Source of the DNA: Bdellovibrionota bacterium
GTDB lineage: Bacteria; Bdellovibrionota_C; UBA2361; CALJRW01
Assembly: GCA_041740355.1 (NCBI GenBank)
Contig: JBGSMD010000030.1
Coordinates: 96,001 to 160,000, forward strand
Direction of reading: 5' to 3'
Length of the DNA stretch: 64,000 nt
Notes under the pieces: generated by a model
The model's database searches: none
What the model saw: the letters and a program-made list of their open reading frames with translations, nothing else
What the model was told of the DNA's origin: nothing
Translations under genes and position numbers: made by a program
Shown here: positions 1 to 10,561 of the stretch, one piece after another
Layout of the letters: the number at the start of each line of letters is the position of its first letter
Numbering within the stretch: position 1 is the first letter of the stretch

Positions 1-171
1 TAGTTGTTTCATGGTTAAAATTTAAATGATTTTGTCCATGAGTTTTAACCAACTAGTGTCTCTACGCTTAATTTACTTTGTAAATTGACTCCTTAAAGGA
101 ATTTAAACTTTCTCCACAAGAATACCTGAAAGGTTCGATTTAACTATTTATTATGCCTAAAAACCTTAGTT

Positions 172-522
172 ATGACTAAATACCTTACTTTATTATCCAT
201 CTTCTTACTTATTTCCACAACCGAGCTATTAGCGCAACAACCTGTAGCTACTGATTTGCCATTAACAGTTAAGTTAATGCAGATGGCTCCGATGTTTGTG
301 ATAGTTTTCATGATTTTCTATTTCTTGGTTGTTAAGCCGCAAAACCAAAAATTAAAGACTCACCAACAATTGCTTTCAGATTTGAAATCTGGTGATCGTG
401 TCATTACAACTGGTGGGATCTTAGGTAAAGTTGCTTCGATTGATGAAGAATCCATTAGCTTAGAGGTTGCCCCAAACGTTAAAATAAAGTTTGATAAAGA
501 GTTTATTACAAAAAAAGTTTAA
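172..522 (+). CDS. yajC: Preprotein translocase subunit YajC
   Basis: FYFLVVKPQ and LKSGDRVITTGGILGKV motifs; directly upstream of secD/secF. Confidence 0.95.
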   Translation: MTKYLTLLSIFLLISTTELLAQQPVATDLPLTVKLMQMAPMFVIVFMIFYFLVVKPQNQKLKTHQQLLSDLKSGDRVITTGGILGKVASIDEESISLEVAPNVKIKFDKEFITKKV

Positions 523-524
523 TT

Positions 525-2096
525 ATGAATTCTAATTTAAAAAATCGAGCCATAATCTTTTTTGCTGTTGTGATTATAGCAGCCTTGTTCCTATTCCCAA
601 CAGTAAATTCTGCCTATCGCAGTATCACTGGCCAAGGAGTTGCAGGGGAAGATAGCATTGTTAGTAAATGGTTTTCTAAGCCCATTTCTTTAGGCTTAGA
701 TCTAAGTGGTGGAGTGCATTTAGTTTATCAGGTAGTTGGCGAAGAGGCTGTTACTTCTCGTCTCCAAACTGCGGCATCATCTTTTCGCGCGGAACTTAGA
801 GCCGAGAAAATTGCTGTTACTAAAGCTCGTGTAACTCCAGGAAATTTATTAGAGATTAATTTACTCAGCTCTCGTCACTTGGAGAAAGCTAAAGAATTAA
901 TGATCTCAAGTAATCGTGGGTATGAATTTGTTTCTGATGAGCAAGTCGGGTCAGGCTCAAAGCTTGTTTATCGAATCAGTGAATTAGAGCAAGTTAAGAT
1001 TAAGGACTCGGCCGTTAATCAAGCGATTGAAACCTTACGTGCTCGGGTTGACCAATTCGGTGTTGCGGAGCCATTAATACAAAAAGTTGGAACGGATCGA
1101 ATTTTACTGCAAATGCCTGGCATTCAAGATATTGAAGCAGTGAAAAAAGTAGTTGGAAAGATTGCAAAATTAGAATTTCGCTTATTACCTGGTAGTGGTG
1201 CTACGACAGATAATGTCAGTCTAAAAGATCGGGAAGGAGCTCCAATTCAAGTTGAAGACAGTGTACAAATGTCTGGGGAGTCAATTGATAATGCCACGGT
1301 CGGTTTCGATCCAAATGGACGAGTTGAGGTAATGCTAAGTTTCAATTCTGATGGAGCTAAAAACTTTGCTAATATTACGGGGTCAAATGTTGGTCGTAAT
1401 TTAGCAATTGTGCTGGACGGAGTTGTTTATTCTTCTCCTACAATTAATGAAAGAATTGCTGGTGGACGTTGCAGTATTACTGGAGCATTTCAAATTGAAG
1501 AAGCTAAGGAATTAGCACTTGTTTTAAGAGCAGGTGCATTACCTGCACCGCTTAAAGTTTTAGAAGAAAGAACAGTTGGTCCAAGCTTGGGCGCCGATTC
1601 AATTCGTAGCGGAGTTATGGCGATCTTAATTGGATTCTTAGCAATTCTCACTTTTATGGTTATTTATTATAAGAAATCTGGATTTGTTGCTGCTATTATT
1701 TTACTAGTTAATTTGTTTTTAATCTTAGGAGCTTTGTCCGCTTTTGGTGCAACATTAACTTTGCCGGGGCTAGCAGGTTTAGCTTTAACTATTGGTATGG
1801 CTGTTGATGCTAATATTATTAGCTTTGAGCGAATTAAAGAAGAGATGCGGAATGGTTCAGATCGCGACGCTTCAGTTTCAGAGGGATTTGCTAAAGCACT
1901 CAGTGCTATTTTAGATTCTAACTTTACTACACTTCTTGCTGGTGTGATTCTTTTCTATTTTGGAACTGGACCAATTCGAGGCTTTGCTGTGACTCTATCG
2001 ATCGGGGTACTTTCAACTGTTTTTTGTGCAACTTTCGTTGCTCAATTAGCTTTTGATTATTTTTCACTGAAAAATAAAAAAGGACTGTCGATTTAA
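525..2096 (+). CDS. secD: Protein translocase subunit SecD
   Basis: LGLDLSGG, RVDQFGVAEP, LRAGALPAPL, TVGPSLG and GMAVDANIISFERIKEE motifs. Confidence 0.97.
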   Translation: MNSNLKNRAIIFFAVVIIAALFLFPTVNSAYRSITGQGVAGEDSIVSKWFSKPISLGLDLSGGVHLVYQVVGEEAVTSRLQTAASSFRAELRAEKIAVTKARVTPGNLLEINLLSSRHLEKAKELMISSNRGYEFVSDEQVGSGSKLVYRISELEQVKIKDSAVNQAIETLRARVDQFGVAEPLIQKVGTDRILLQMPGIQDIEAVKKVVGKIAKLEFRLLPGSGATTDNVSLKDREGAPIQVEDSVQMSGESIDNATVGFDPNGRVEVMLSFNSDGAKNFANITGSNVGRNLAIVLDGVVYSSPTINERIAGGRCSITGAFQIEEAKELALVLRAGALPAPLKVLEERTVGPSLGADSIRSGVMAILIGFLAILTFMVIYYKKSGFVAAIILLVNLFLILGALSAFGATLTLPGLAGLALTIGMAVDANIISFERIKEEMRNGSDRDASVSEGFAKALSAILDSNFTTLLAGVILFYFGTGPIRGFAVTLSIGVLSTVFCATFVAQLAFDYFSLKNKKGLSI

Positions 2097-2100
2097 AACC

Positions 2101-2136
2101 ACCGTCATTCATTTTTTCTTAAAAATGAATGACGGT
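2101..2136. repeat. Perfect 16-bp inverted repeat (ACCGTCATTCATTTTT / AAAAATGAATGACGGT, 4-nt loop); member of the CATTTT..AAAAT hairpin family
   Basis: Read directly; similar hairpins at 9347-9375 and 36065-36107. Confidence 0.85.
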
Positions 2137-2162
2137 TAGTATAATTTAGACAATTTAAAACT

Positions 2163-3056
2163 ATGGAACTGATTTCAACTAAAACAAATATAAATTTTCT
2201 AAGTAAAGCAAAATATGCGATTGCACTATCAACTGTGCTTATCGCTTATTCATTATTCCTTTGGTTTTCAATGGGTGATACTAAGTACGGAGTTGATTAC
2301 ACTGGAGGTAATGAATTTATTATTTCTGCGCCATCAGCTAGCACGGATCAAATTAGAACAAGTTTAAAAGCTTCTGATATTGATGGTGCTGTTGTTCAAG
2401 AATTTGAGAAAGGTAGTGGAGAATATTCCATTCGTCTTTCCGCTAATTTTCAAGATACTCAAGTTCTTCAAGATAAAATCCTTACAAGTATTAAATCAAT
2501 TGAAGCTAATACTAAAATACTTAGTTCCAACTTTGTGGGACCTACAATTGGTGAAGAGTTAAGACGAAGTGCAATGATTGCTATTATTATTGGCTTAATA
2601 GGTATGTTGGCTTACATCTCTTACCGATTTGAGTTTGCTTTTGCGCTAGGGGCTGTTGTTGCTTTGACGCATGACGTAATCATTTCTTTAGGTGTTTATT
2701 TGTTTTTTGATTTGCCACTGAGCATGGCAACACTTGCGGCGGCTATGTCGATAGTTGGTTATTCCGTAAATGATACAATTATTATTTTTGACCGCGTTCG
2801 TGAAGAAATGACGAAACGAAAGGAGTTTGTGCTTGATGAAGTAGTTAACTACAGTGTTAATGCAACTTTATCTCGTACTATCATTACAAGTTTATTAACT
2901 CTTTTCTCAGCATTAGCCCTTTATGTTTTCGGTGGCGGAGCAATTAAAGAATTAGCCTTATTTCTTGTTGCTGGTATTATTGTTGGTTCTTACTCGACAA
3001 TCTTCATCGCATCTCCCGTTGCTCTTGCTTGGGAAAAATGGCGCGCGGGAAAGTAA
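2163..3056 (+). CDS. secF: Protein translocase subunit SecF
   Basis: GVDYTGG, VGPTIGEEL, HDV, GYSVNDTIIIFDRVRE and TLSRTIITS motifs. Confidence 0.97.
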   Translation: MELISTKTNINFLSKAKYAIALSTVLIAYSLFLWFSMGDTKYGVDYTGGNEFIISAPSASTDQIRTSLKASDIDGAVVQEFEKGSGEYSIRLSANFQDTQVLQDKILTSIKSIEANTKILSSNFVGPTIGEELRRSAMIAIIIGLIGMLAYISYRFEFAFALGAVVALTHDVIISLGVYLFFDLPLSMATLAAAMSIVGYSVNDTIIIFDRVREEMTKRKEFVLDEVVNYSVNATLSRTIITSLLTLFSALALYVFGGGAIKELALFLVAGIIVGSYSTIFIASPVALAWEKWRAGK

Positions 3057-3133
3057 TCTGATTTTAGCGAAAATTATCATCATTGGCGCTATTTAGAGTT
3101 AGGCATCACCTGTACTAAAGGGGAAATTTACTA

Positions 3134-4774
3134 ATGAAACTCAAAGTAACTGTTGCACAAATCACTAGTGATCCAGCTTGCTTTGAGGAAAATTTTCATA
3201 AGATCTCTAATGCTATTACTAAGGCTAAATCTGAAAATTCACAGTTAGTAGTATTCCCTGAGCTCGCTCTCTGTGGTTATGCTCATTTAGATCTAGCTAA
3301 AAGAGATAGTTTTCTAAAATCCAATCAAGAGTATCTTCAGCGACTACTTCCTTTAACAAAAAATCTAGCAGTAATAATTGGATTTGTGGACGCAGATTTT
3401 AATACACTGCAAGCTGAAGGAAAACCAATCCTATATAATTCTGCCGCTGTAATTGAAAATGGAATTTTAAAATCAATTATTAGAAAACAGCTACTTCCAA
3501 CATATGATATCTTTTTTGAAGAAAGATATTTTCGATCTGGAGCTGCTTCCAAGGTAATTACTATTGCTGGAGTAAAAGTCGGAATCGGAATTTGTGAAGA
3601 TCTCTGGGATCAAGGTTATAATCGTCAGATATATGAAAATTTAATTGCTGATGGCGCTGAGTTATTAGTTAATATTTCGGCCTCACCTTTTGAGCCAGCT
3701 AAACTTAGCAAGCGACTCGATTTAGTTCAACAGCTAGGAGAATTACCATTTATTTACACAAACCTAACTGGTTCGTTTGATGGCTATGACGGGGAAGTTG
3801 TTTTTGATGGGCAAAGTTTTATTAGCGGTACTAAAGGAAAATTATTTTACCTAGCCCCTGCTTGCCAAGAATCAATTTCTACAGTTGATCTCTCTGTTTC
3901 TGAACAAATTACATTTAATTTAGAAAATCCCCTGAAGGAGATTACTCAGGCTTTAATTTTAGGAATCCGTGAATACTTTCGGCGTTCTGGCTTAAAACGT
4001 GCTTATATTGGCTTGAGTGGGGGAATTGATTCGGCCCTAACAGTTGCTTTAGCAGTGCAGGCCTTAGGACCCACGAATGTAATCGGTATAACGATGCCAT
4101 CAGAGGTTACCTCTAAGGAAACAAAATCTGATGCACATCTCGTAGCAAATAATTTAGGAATTAAAATAGAAGAACGTCCTATCAAAAGTATGTATCAAAA
4201 TTGGTTAACTGATTTTCGTCAGATACATGGTTTTGAGCCAGAGCGTTTAACAAAGCAAAATATTCAAGCACGTTTTCGTGGAATGATTTTGATGGAATAC
4301 ACTAATCAAGATCGTGATGGCTTAGTCCTTAGTACTGGAAACAAAACTGAGTTAGCATTAGGATATTGCACGATGTACGGTGATATGTGTGGTGGACTGG
4401 CTGTAATTGCGGATCTTAGTAAGTTAAAAGTTTATCAGCTTTCAGATTATATTAATAAATCAAGTCATAAGGAACTTATTCCGCAAACTACAATCGATCG
4501 CCTGCCAACAGCAGAGTTAGAACTAGATCAAACTGATGCTGATAACTTACCAGCTGATTATGACATTCTCTCTCCATTAGTTGATGATTTAGTAGATCAT
4601 GAATTATCATTAGATCAATTGGAGCTTAAGTATGATCCAAGAATTATTCGCGAAACAGCCAGGCTGTTAAAGATCAATGAATTTAAGCGTCGCCAAGCTG
4701 CCCCTGGAATTCGTGTAACTGGTAAGGCTTTTGGTGTAGGCCGACGAATCCCAATTAGCCATGGGTCATACTAG
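3134..4774 (+). CDS. nadE: Glutamine-dependent NAD+ synthetase
   Basis: N-terminal nitrilase-like domain (FPEL, ICED) fused to a synthetase domain (GLSGGIDSA, QNIQAR, STGNKTE, GYCTMYGD, NEFKRRQ). Confidence 0.95.
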   Translation: MKLKVTVAQITSDPACFEENFHKISNAITKAKSENSQLVVFPELALCGYAHLDLAKRDSFLKSNQEYLQRLLPLTKNLAVIIGFVDADFNTLQAEGKPILYNSAAVIENGILKSIIRKQLLPTYDIFFEERYFRSGAASKVITIAGVKVGIGICEDLWDQGYNRQIYENLIADGAELLVNISASPFEPAKLSKRLDLVQQLGELPFIYTNLTGSFDGYDGEVVFDGQSFISGTKGKLFYLAPACQESISTVDLSVSEQITFNLENPLKEITQALILGIREYFRRSGLKRAYIGLSGGIDSALTVALAVQALGPTNVIGITMPSEVTSKETKSDAHLVANNLGIKIEERPIKSMYQNWLTDFRQIHGFEPERLTKQNIQARFRGMILMEYTNQDRDGLVLSTGNKTELALGYCTMYGDMCGGLAVIADLSKLKVYQLSDYINKSSHKELIPQTTIDRLPTAELELDQTDADNLPADYDILSPLVDDLVDHELSLDQLELKYDPRIIRETARLLKINEFKRRQAAPGIRVTGKAFGVGRRIPISHGSY

Positions 4775-4849
4775 TTCTCCCCTTTTGGGTCGCATTAGAT
4801 AAACTAATTATCATTTGCAATTCTTGGCGTCCCAAAAGGGGAGAATTGG
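4771..4849. terminator. About 23-bp inverted repeat between convergent nadE and fadJ-like genes (terminator-like or palindromic element)
   Basis: CTAGTTCTCCCCTTTTGGGTCGC ... GCGTCCCAAAAGGGGAGAATTGG with a 33-nt spacer; loop is long for a classical terminator. Confidence 0.5.
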
Positions 4850-4964
4850 GAAGCAGAAAGAACGTATTGTAAACCCAAAACTAAATTCCTAAAAAGAGTT
4901 GATCGGATCACAATATAGGTATTCGTGATTTCACTAAGATTAATTGATGCTAGTAATTAATCTT

Positions 4965-7082
4965 CTACTCATAAAATCCGATTCCTTTTTCCGCTCTCGT
5001 TAGAATCCCTGTTACCGGTCGAAAGCGGGCATCGATCTGACGCTCTAAGCTTTGCATCATATGTACTAATTTAGCAGCGCCAATACTGTTGGCATAGTAA
5101 ATTACTCCACCCCTAAATGCTGGAAAGCCTGTACCCATAACAGTTCCTAGATCGATTTGCCTGGCAGCATCACGTCCAGGAGTTCCTGCCACGCCTTCAT
5201 CTAAGCACAGCACTGCTTCATTAATTAAACTTAGAATTAAACGATCTTGAATATGCTGAGTATCGTTTGGTTTGAAGGTTTTAATTTCTAAGATGTCATA
5301 TACTTTCGGATCTAAAACTGCTTTTTTAGTTTGATAGTTATAGAAACCCAAGGAACTTTTCTTTCCAATCCGATCTGCTAACAGTAATTTTTCAACATGA
5401 TTAGGTGCCGCCATTCTTTTGCCATAACCATTAATCATCGTTTTGTAGACATGACTAGCAACGTCTAATCCTATTTGGTCAAGGAGTCTAATCGGACCCA
5501 TTGGTAACCCAAAGTTTAAAGCAGCATTATCGATATCAGGAATTGTGAAGCCATCTTGTAATAAAAATGCTGCTTCGTTTAAGTAGGCACTGAGAATTCG
5601 ATTAACTAGAAAGCCAGGAACATCTTCTACGACGATTGGAAATTTACCGATTTTCGTAGCTAGGGCGGCAATTAAACAAATAGTCTGATCACTAGTTTGA
5701 TGACCACGAATAATTTCAACTAAGGGTAACTGTGGGACTGGATTAAAGAAATGCATTCCAACAACCCGTTCTGGATTAGGGATATGATTGGCAATTTCAG
5801 TAATAGAAAGCGATGAGGTATTAGAAGCGATGATGGCATTAGGCGCAACTCGACAAGCAGCTTCCTCTAGGATTATAGATTTTAATTCTAAGTTTTCAAA
5901 AATTGCTTCGATTACAAAATTTACTTTTGCTAAGGCATCTTCCGTGTATTCTGTTATGCCCCTGACGCTTTGTAGGATATTTGCTTGATCCTGCTCAGTT
6001 AGTGATTGTCTGTAACTTAAATTCTTTTTTATTGTTTCTAGTCCGGCATTAATTGCTTCTTGTTTTGTATCTTTAAGAATTACAGGGTATTGATTGCGAG
6101 CTAATTCCCCCGCAATCCCAGCACCCATAATTCCAGAACCAATAACTAAAGTATTTAGATTCTTAATATATTCTTTGGCAGACTTTCCAATTCCTTTAGC
6201 ATTTTCAGAAAGGAAAAATAAATTTGCTAATGCCTTACATTCGGGTGTAACAATCAATTCACCTAGTCCACGTGCTTCATAAATGAACCCTTTAGTCTTG
6301 CCTTCCGCTAGTCCATATAGCACACAGTCTAAAGCTCTAAGCGGTGCAGGATAGTGTCCATTCGTTTTTTTTAGTAAATCTTTTTTAGCAATATTCGCAA
6401 CAAAGTTACGGATAAAAGGTATCTTTGTAATTAAATTATCCTTAAAGCTCATTCTTGGTTTTACAGAACTTGGATTGTTGATTAATCCTTCGGCAGCAGT
6501 AATTAAATCCTTGTACGCAACTACCGCATCTACAAGGCCTACTTTTTTCGCTTTCCAAGAACGCAGTACATTCCCAGATAGAATAATTTTTAAAGATTCC
6601 GTTAATCCAATTAATCTGGGCAGTCTTTGAGTACCACCAAATCCAGGTAGAATTCCAATCTTAACTTCCGGAAGTCCAATTGAACTTTTATCATTGTCCG
6701 AGATAACTCTAAATGAGCAGGCTAGTGCTAATTCACAAGCGCCACCAACGCAAGGACCACTAATTGCAGCTACCGTTTTAATTGGCAAATTCTCAATTAG
6801 ATTAAAAACATCTTGTCCTTTTTTCGCCAGGGCTTGACCTTCGTTTGCATCAGCAATCGCTTGAATCACGTTAATATCAGCACCAGCTGAAAACATCCCC
6901 TCAGAATTTCCAGCAATGATCAAACCTTTTGGTAGGTCCTTGGCAATTGAGATTAATGTTTCTTCTAGTTTTTCAAGTCTTTCACGGCTAAGGATAATTA
7001 CTTTTTCCTCTGGTAGCCCTAGCCGAATTAAACCAATACCGGAAGAAAGTTTTTCATATGAAATCAGATTGTAACTAGTCAT
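4965..7082 (-). CDS. fadJ: Fatty acid oxidation complex alpha subunit (enoyl-CoA hydratase / 3-hydroxyacyl-CoA dehydrogenase), FadJ/FadB type
   Basis: AGADI, GGACELALAC, GLPEVKIGILPGFGGTQRLPRL, GSGIMGAGIA, SNTSSL, GMHFFNP and PGFLVNR motifs. Confidence 0.9.
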   Translation of the reverse strand: MTSYNLISYEKLSSGIGLIRLGLPEEKVIILSRERLEKLEETLISIAKDLPKGLIIAGNSEGMFSAGADINVIQAIADANEGQALAKKGQDVFNLIENLPIKTVAAISGPCVGGACELALACSFRVISDNDKSSIGLPEVKIGILPGFGGTQRLPRLIGLTESLKIILSGNVLRSWKAKKVGLVDAVVAYKDLITAAEGLINNPSSVKPRMSFKDNLITKIPFIRNFVANIAKKDLLKKTNGHYPAPLRALDCVLYGLAEGKTKGFIYEARGLGELIVTPECKALANLFFLSENAKGIGKSAKEYIKNLNTLVIGSGIMGAGIAGELARNQYPVILKDTKQEAINAGLETIKKNLSYRQSLTEQDQANILQSVRGITEYTEDALAKVNFVIEAIFENLELKSIILEEAACRVAPNAIIASNTSSLSITEIANHIPNPERVVGMHFFNPVPQLPLVEIIRGHQTSDQTICLIAALATKIGKFPIVVEDVPGFLVNRILSAYLNEAAFLLQDGFTIPDIDNAALNFGLPMGPIRLLDQIGLDVASHVYKTMINGYGKRMAAPNHVEKLLLADRIGKKSSLGFYNYQTKKAVLDPKVYDILEIKTFKPNDTQHIQDRLILSLINEAVLCLDEGVAGTPGRDAARQIDLGTVMGTGFPAFRGGVIYYANSIGAAKLVHMMQSLERQIDARFRPVTGILTRAEKGIGFYE

Positions 7083-7471
7083 ATTAAGTAAAGCAGTAAT
7101 AGATTTATGAGGTACTGAAAAAATTACACAGTATTTGATTTTCTGCGACTAAAAATGACTACGCCATTATTTAGGTCGCTCTACGACTTTTCGTTTTAGA
7201 CAAAACTTAATGTCGCTGGATACAATAATAGCCTAGAAATGCTTAATTCATAAGATACAAAGTTAGTATTTTCAACAATTTTTACTCTTTTTTGTGATAT
7301 ACTAGCTGACTTTGAAAACTACCATTTAAATCTGTTCACCTAGCATCTCAAGCACAGCATACTCTAAGCGACTTTCTTGGGGTCTTTAGTTTTTATACTT
7401 ACAAGCTAAGCTTACTAACTGAGGGGGTTTAATGATTCTAACCTTAGTGGCGACAGGCTTTTAAAAAATTC

Positions 7472-8476
7472 TTAATCAAGTTTGATATAGTAAAGCGGAT
7501 GGTCACTAGCATCTTTATCGATTGCCAGCATTTTTACTGAGATTTTTTTCCGTTCCGACTTAGACATTTGATCTAAGCTTTGTTGCGATATCAAAATATC
7601 ATCAATTCTTTTAAATTTTTTGAAGGGCTTTGCTAATTGCTTCGGACCAATCTCAGCTTGTTGTAAAAGACTGATGTATTCTGCTTGATCTGAGAACTTT
7701 AAGTTGCAACTGGCGGTATGGTCTTTAGAAAGCGAGCAAAGTTTTTGTTGAAAGTGTGAAAGGTCTAACTCTCCCGCAAGTACTTTAGAACTTGCCGAAT
7801 AATTATCACTATTACGGTCTCCAAGTAGGATGAATACTCGAGTAGGATTTTGGTTTTCTACCTCTCTTGCAATATCATACAAACCCTGCGCCATTTGCAC
7901 GCGATCATACTCAAAACCAAATTTAGCACTATCAAAACTATTAAATGCTGCAATCGATTTAAAATGAAAATTAAACAAAGTTAATTTCCTTCCCGTTCTT
8001 ATTTCTGTAAGATCTATTCGCAGTGGACCTCGGGAAAAATATCGGTTTTTCTCCCAACGAGTTATTGGTTTTAGTAGGTAATAGCTATATGATAAAGCAA
8101 AGTCTAAATGAAAAAGATCTGCTCTGAAAATGTATCCTTGTTTTGATAATGGATCGTTCGATCTGCCCGAAAGTACCAGATACTTTTTTTTTGTTAACTC
8201 TGCAAGGCTTGAGGCTAATAGTTCTAAAACTTTCACAGCTTCTGATGGATTTTTAGAAATTACTTCTTGTGTAGCAATTAAATCACATTTTGCCTGCCAA
8301 AACCTTTTGGCCAGGGCCAGTCTTTGTTTATCTAGTTGTGCCTCTGATTTTTCTGTTCTTTCCGCTACTGTCTTTACATATCCAAAATTTCCTAGGTTCT
8401 GAGTGCAGATTCTTATGGAAGCATAGGATGGTTGAGCTAATAAGAAGCTAATGAATATAATAAACTTGAGAAACAT
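7472..8476 (-). CDS. Endonuclease/exonuclease/phosphatase (EEP) family protein with signal peptide
   Basis: TQNL, TQEV, HFKS, GDRN, RIDDI and SDHP motifs of the DNase I-like fold; hydrophobic N-terminus ending SYA. Confidence 0.85.
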   Translation of the reverse strand: MFLKFIIFISFLLAQPSYASIRICTQNLGNFGYVKTVAERTEKSEAQLDKQRLALAKRFWQAKCDLIATQEVISKNPSEAVKVLELLASSLAELTKKKYLVLSGRSNDPLSKQGYIFRADLFHLDFALSYSYYLLKPITRWEKNRYFSRGPLRIDLTEIRTGRKLTLFNFHFKSIAAFNSFDSAKFGFEYDRVQMAQGLYDIAREVENQNPTRVFILLGDRNSDNYSASSKVLAGELDLSHFQQKLCSLSKDHTASCNLKFSDQAEYISLLQQAEIGPKQLAKPFKKFKRIDDILISQQSLDQMSKSERKKISVKMLAIDKDASDHPLYYIKLD

Positions 8477-9091
8477 TTAGGCAACTTTAAATTTACGACG
8501 GGAGACAACTCTTTCTAGAGATCTCAAATATAAATCAACTGGGGTATCACTTGCTAGTGCTGATTTTACTCGGCTGATGGCTAAAGATCCAATCAGAATG
8601 GCATCAACTATATCTTGGTGTTTCTTTAGGTTTTCAGAGGAAGAACTAAAACCAATTCGTTCTAAATTATTTTTTTGAGTTTTTTCAACTATTCCTACGG
8701 CCAGATCTTTAACGATGGTTCGTTCTAACTGTTTGCCCCGTAATCCCATAATTTCGTATTGAATTGTTCGGGGGTTAATTCTTCCAGGAACCTGAATATT
8801 TAATTCTCTAGCAAGAGCTTCAAAGATACACCTTACTTGTTCAACTTTAAAGGCAGCAGAGGGATCTTTCATTGAGGTGGGAGACTCACAGATTAAAATG
8901 TCATCTTTTGTTAATTTAAGATTTTTTAAAAGATCATTTACTTGAGTTTGTAAGTTGTCTAGGCGGATGGCTAGAGTATGAATGGAAGGAAGTGGTTTAA
9001 TTTTACCCACACCCAATAATCGTTCTGATTGGACATCAAATAGTGCCCAACCAGTACAAGTTATACTTGGATCAATAGCTACTAATCGCAA
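8477..9091 (-). CDS. RuvC-like crossover junction endonuclease (divergent)
   Basis: AIDPSITCTGW (D), LICES (E) and DIVDAILIG (D-x-x-D) RNase H-fold catalytic pattern; TTG start. Confidence 0.75.
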   Translation of the reverse strand: MRLVAIDPSITCTGWALFDVQSERLLGVGKIKPLPSIHTLAIRLDNLQTQVNDLLKNLKLTKDDILICESPTSMKDPSAAFKVEQVRCIFEALARELNIQVPGRINPRTIQYEIMGLRGKQLERTIVKDLAVGIVEKTQKNNLERIGFSSSSENLKKHQDIVDAILIGSLAISRVKSALASDTPVDLYLRSLERVVSRRKFKVA

Positions 9092-9117
9092 TTAAACCCT
9101 CTGGAAATAAAATTTGT

Positions 9118-9375
9118 GGAGGGCGAGCGTAATCTTGGTATTTTTATCAGACTTAGCCCTGGCGAAGTCTGAAGCCAAGTTACGCCGTAGAAGACAAAAC
9201 CAATACTCACCGCCGAGTTGCGTCGGGTTTGGTAGTATTTTCTACGGCAAAACCTGTTTTCCACCTCCGCTTCCCCCTTCGCTAAAGCTGCGGAGGACAA
9301 GAAAGCTATGGCGGACAAGGTAACAGGATTTTGCTCGTTCCCCCTTCTTTTCATTTTATTATCAAAAATGAAAAG
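9118..9375. repeat. Composite multi-hairpin intergenic element containing three 30-nt REP-like units (9143-9172 minus; nested pair at 9260-9319)
   Basis: Closing stem GGGCGAGC/GCTCGTTC, three internal stems and a terminal CTTTTCATTTT/AAAATGAAAAG hairpin; partial homologue at 36011-36107. Confidence 0.8.
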
Positions 9376-9391
9376 CTGTGAGTATATATCC

Positions 9392-10489
9392 TTATGCTAC
9401 TTTTTTTGTAGTCTTTTTACCTTTGACATCATCTTCTTTTTCCAGGCCCGCAGGATTTTCAATTAGATTAAACGCTACTTCTTTTGCGCTGGGCTTGTCA
9501 TTACCAACATCTAAAGTTTCCAAAATTAATCTCTTCATCTCTTGAGTTAGTTCTGGATTCTGAGTCATGTATTCCTTAGCACCTTCACGTCCTTGTCCCA
9601 GTCTTTCTCCTTTATAAGAGTACCAAGCGCCAGACTTATCGATAATGCCTTGGGTCACACCAAGATCTAGAATCTCGCCAATTTGATTAATACCTTCATT
9701 GAAGATGATATCAAACTCAGCTTCACGGAATGGAGGAGCAACTTTATTTTTTACAACCTTCACACGAGTTCTGCTGCCACTAACAACATCATTCTCTTTA
9801 ATTGAAGCAATTCTTCGGATATCCATCCGAACACTACTGTAAAACTTCAGTGCATTTCCACCAGCTGTTGTTTCGGGCGATCCAAACATCACACCAATCT
9901 TCATTCGAATTTGGTTAATAAACAGAATTGAACAATTTGCTTTATGAGTATGAGCCGTTAACTTTCTTAGGCCTTTACTCATTAAGCGGGCTTGCATCCC
10001 AGGTTGCATGTCAGTCATTTCGCCATCAATTTCGGCACGTGGTGTTAAGGCTGCAACTGAGTCGATAATTACGAATTGCACTGCACCAGAAAGAATTAAT
10101 GCTTCACAAATTTCTAATGCTTGCTCTCCACAATCTGGTTGGCTGACTAATAATTTAGAAGTATCAACACCAAGTTTTTTAGCATATCCAACATCAAGTG
10201 CGTGTTCGGCATCAATAAATACTACTGTTCCACCAGTTTTTTGAACTTCAGCAGCGATGTGCAGTGCTAGCGTTGTTTTACCTGAGGATTCTGGTCCATA
10301 GATCTCACAGATTCTTCCTTTAGGAAGACCGCCTATTCCTAGGGCAATATCCAAACCCAAACTTCCTGTTGAGTAGGATTCAATTTTCTCATGTGGCTTA
10401 TCACCTAAGTTCATGATTGTGCCTTTGCCATATCTTTTTTCGAGTTGGCTAATAGCAGTCTCTAATTCTCTTGTTTTATTGTCTGTCAT
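9392..10489 (-). CDS. recA: Recombinase RecA
   Basis: [40 protein letters not shown] and KNKVAPPF motifs. Confidence 0.99.
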   Translation of the reverse strand: MTDNKTRELETAISQLEKRYGKGTIMNLGDKPHEKIESYSTGSLGLDIALGIGGLPKGRICEIYGPESSGKTTLALHIAAEVQKTGGTVVFIDAEHALDVGYAKKLGVDTSKLLVSQPDCGEQALEICEALILSGAVQFVIIDSVAALTPRAEIDGEMTDMQPGMQARLMSKGLRKLTAHTHKANCSILFINQIRMKIGVMFGSPETTAGGNALKFYSSVRMDIRRIASIKENDVVSGSRTRVKVVKNKVAPPFREAEFDIIFNEGINQIGEILDLGVTQGIIDKSGAWYSYKGERLGQGREGAKEYMTQNPELTQEMKRLILETLDVGNDKPSAKEVAFNLIENPAGLEKEDDVKGKKTTKKVA

Positions 10490-10561
10490 GTTTATTTCCT
10501 TTTACAAATACTGCAAGTCATTTAGCGATTAGCTAAAGTCTTAAAATCTTTTTAAATATTA

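Noticed and set aside
7083-7471. 389-nt spacer upstream of the fadJ-like gene as a possible ncRNA or thiolase remnant
   Set aside because: No convincing stem, repeat-family match or coding remnant visible
8477-9091. RuvC-like ORF as a TnpB/Cas12-type RNA-guided nuclease with the adjacent structured element as guide
   Set aside because: Only 204 aa with a contiguous resolvase-type RuvC pattern, no zinc finger or REC/WED regions; the element also occurs next to unrelated genes
9082-9354. ORFs 9082-9354 (-) and 9114-9323 (+)
   Set aside because: They are translations of the palindromic repeat element (PPSLKLRRTR / ALAKGE peptides), not credible genes
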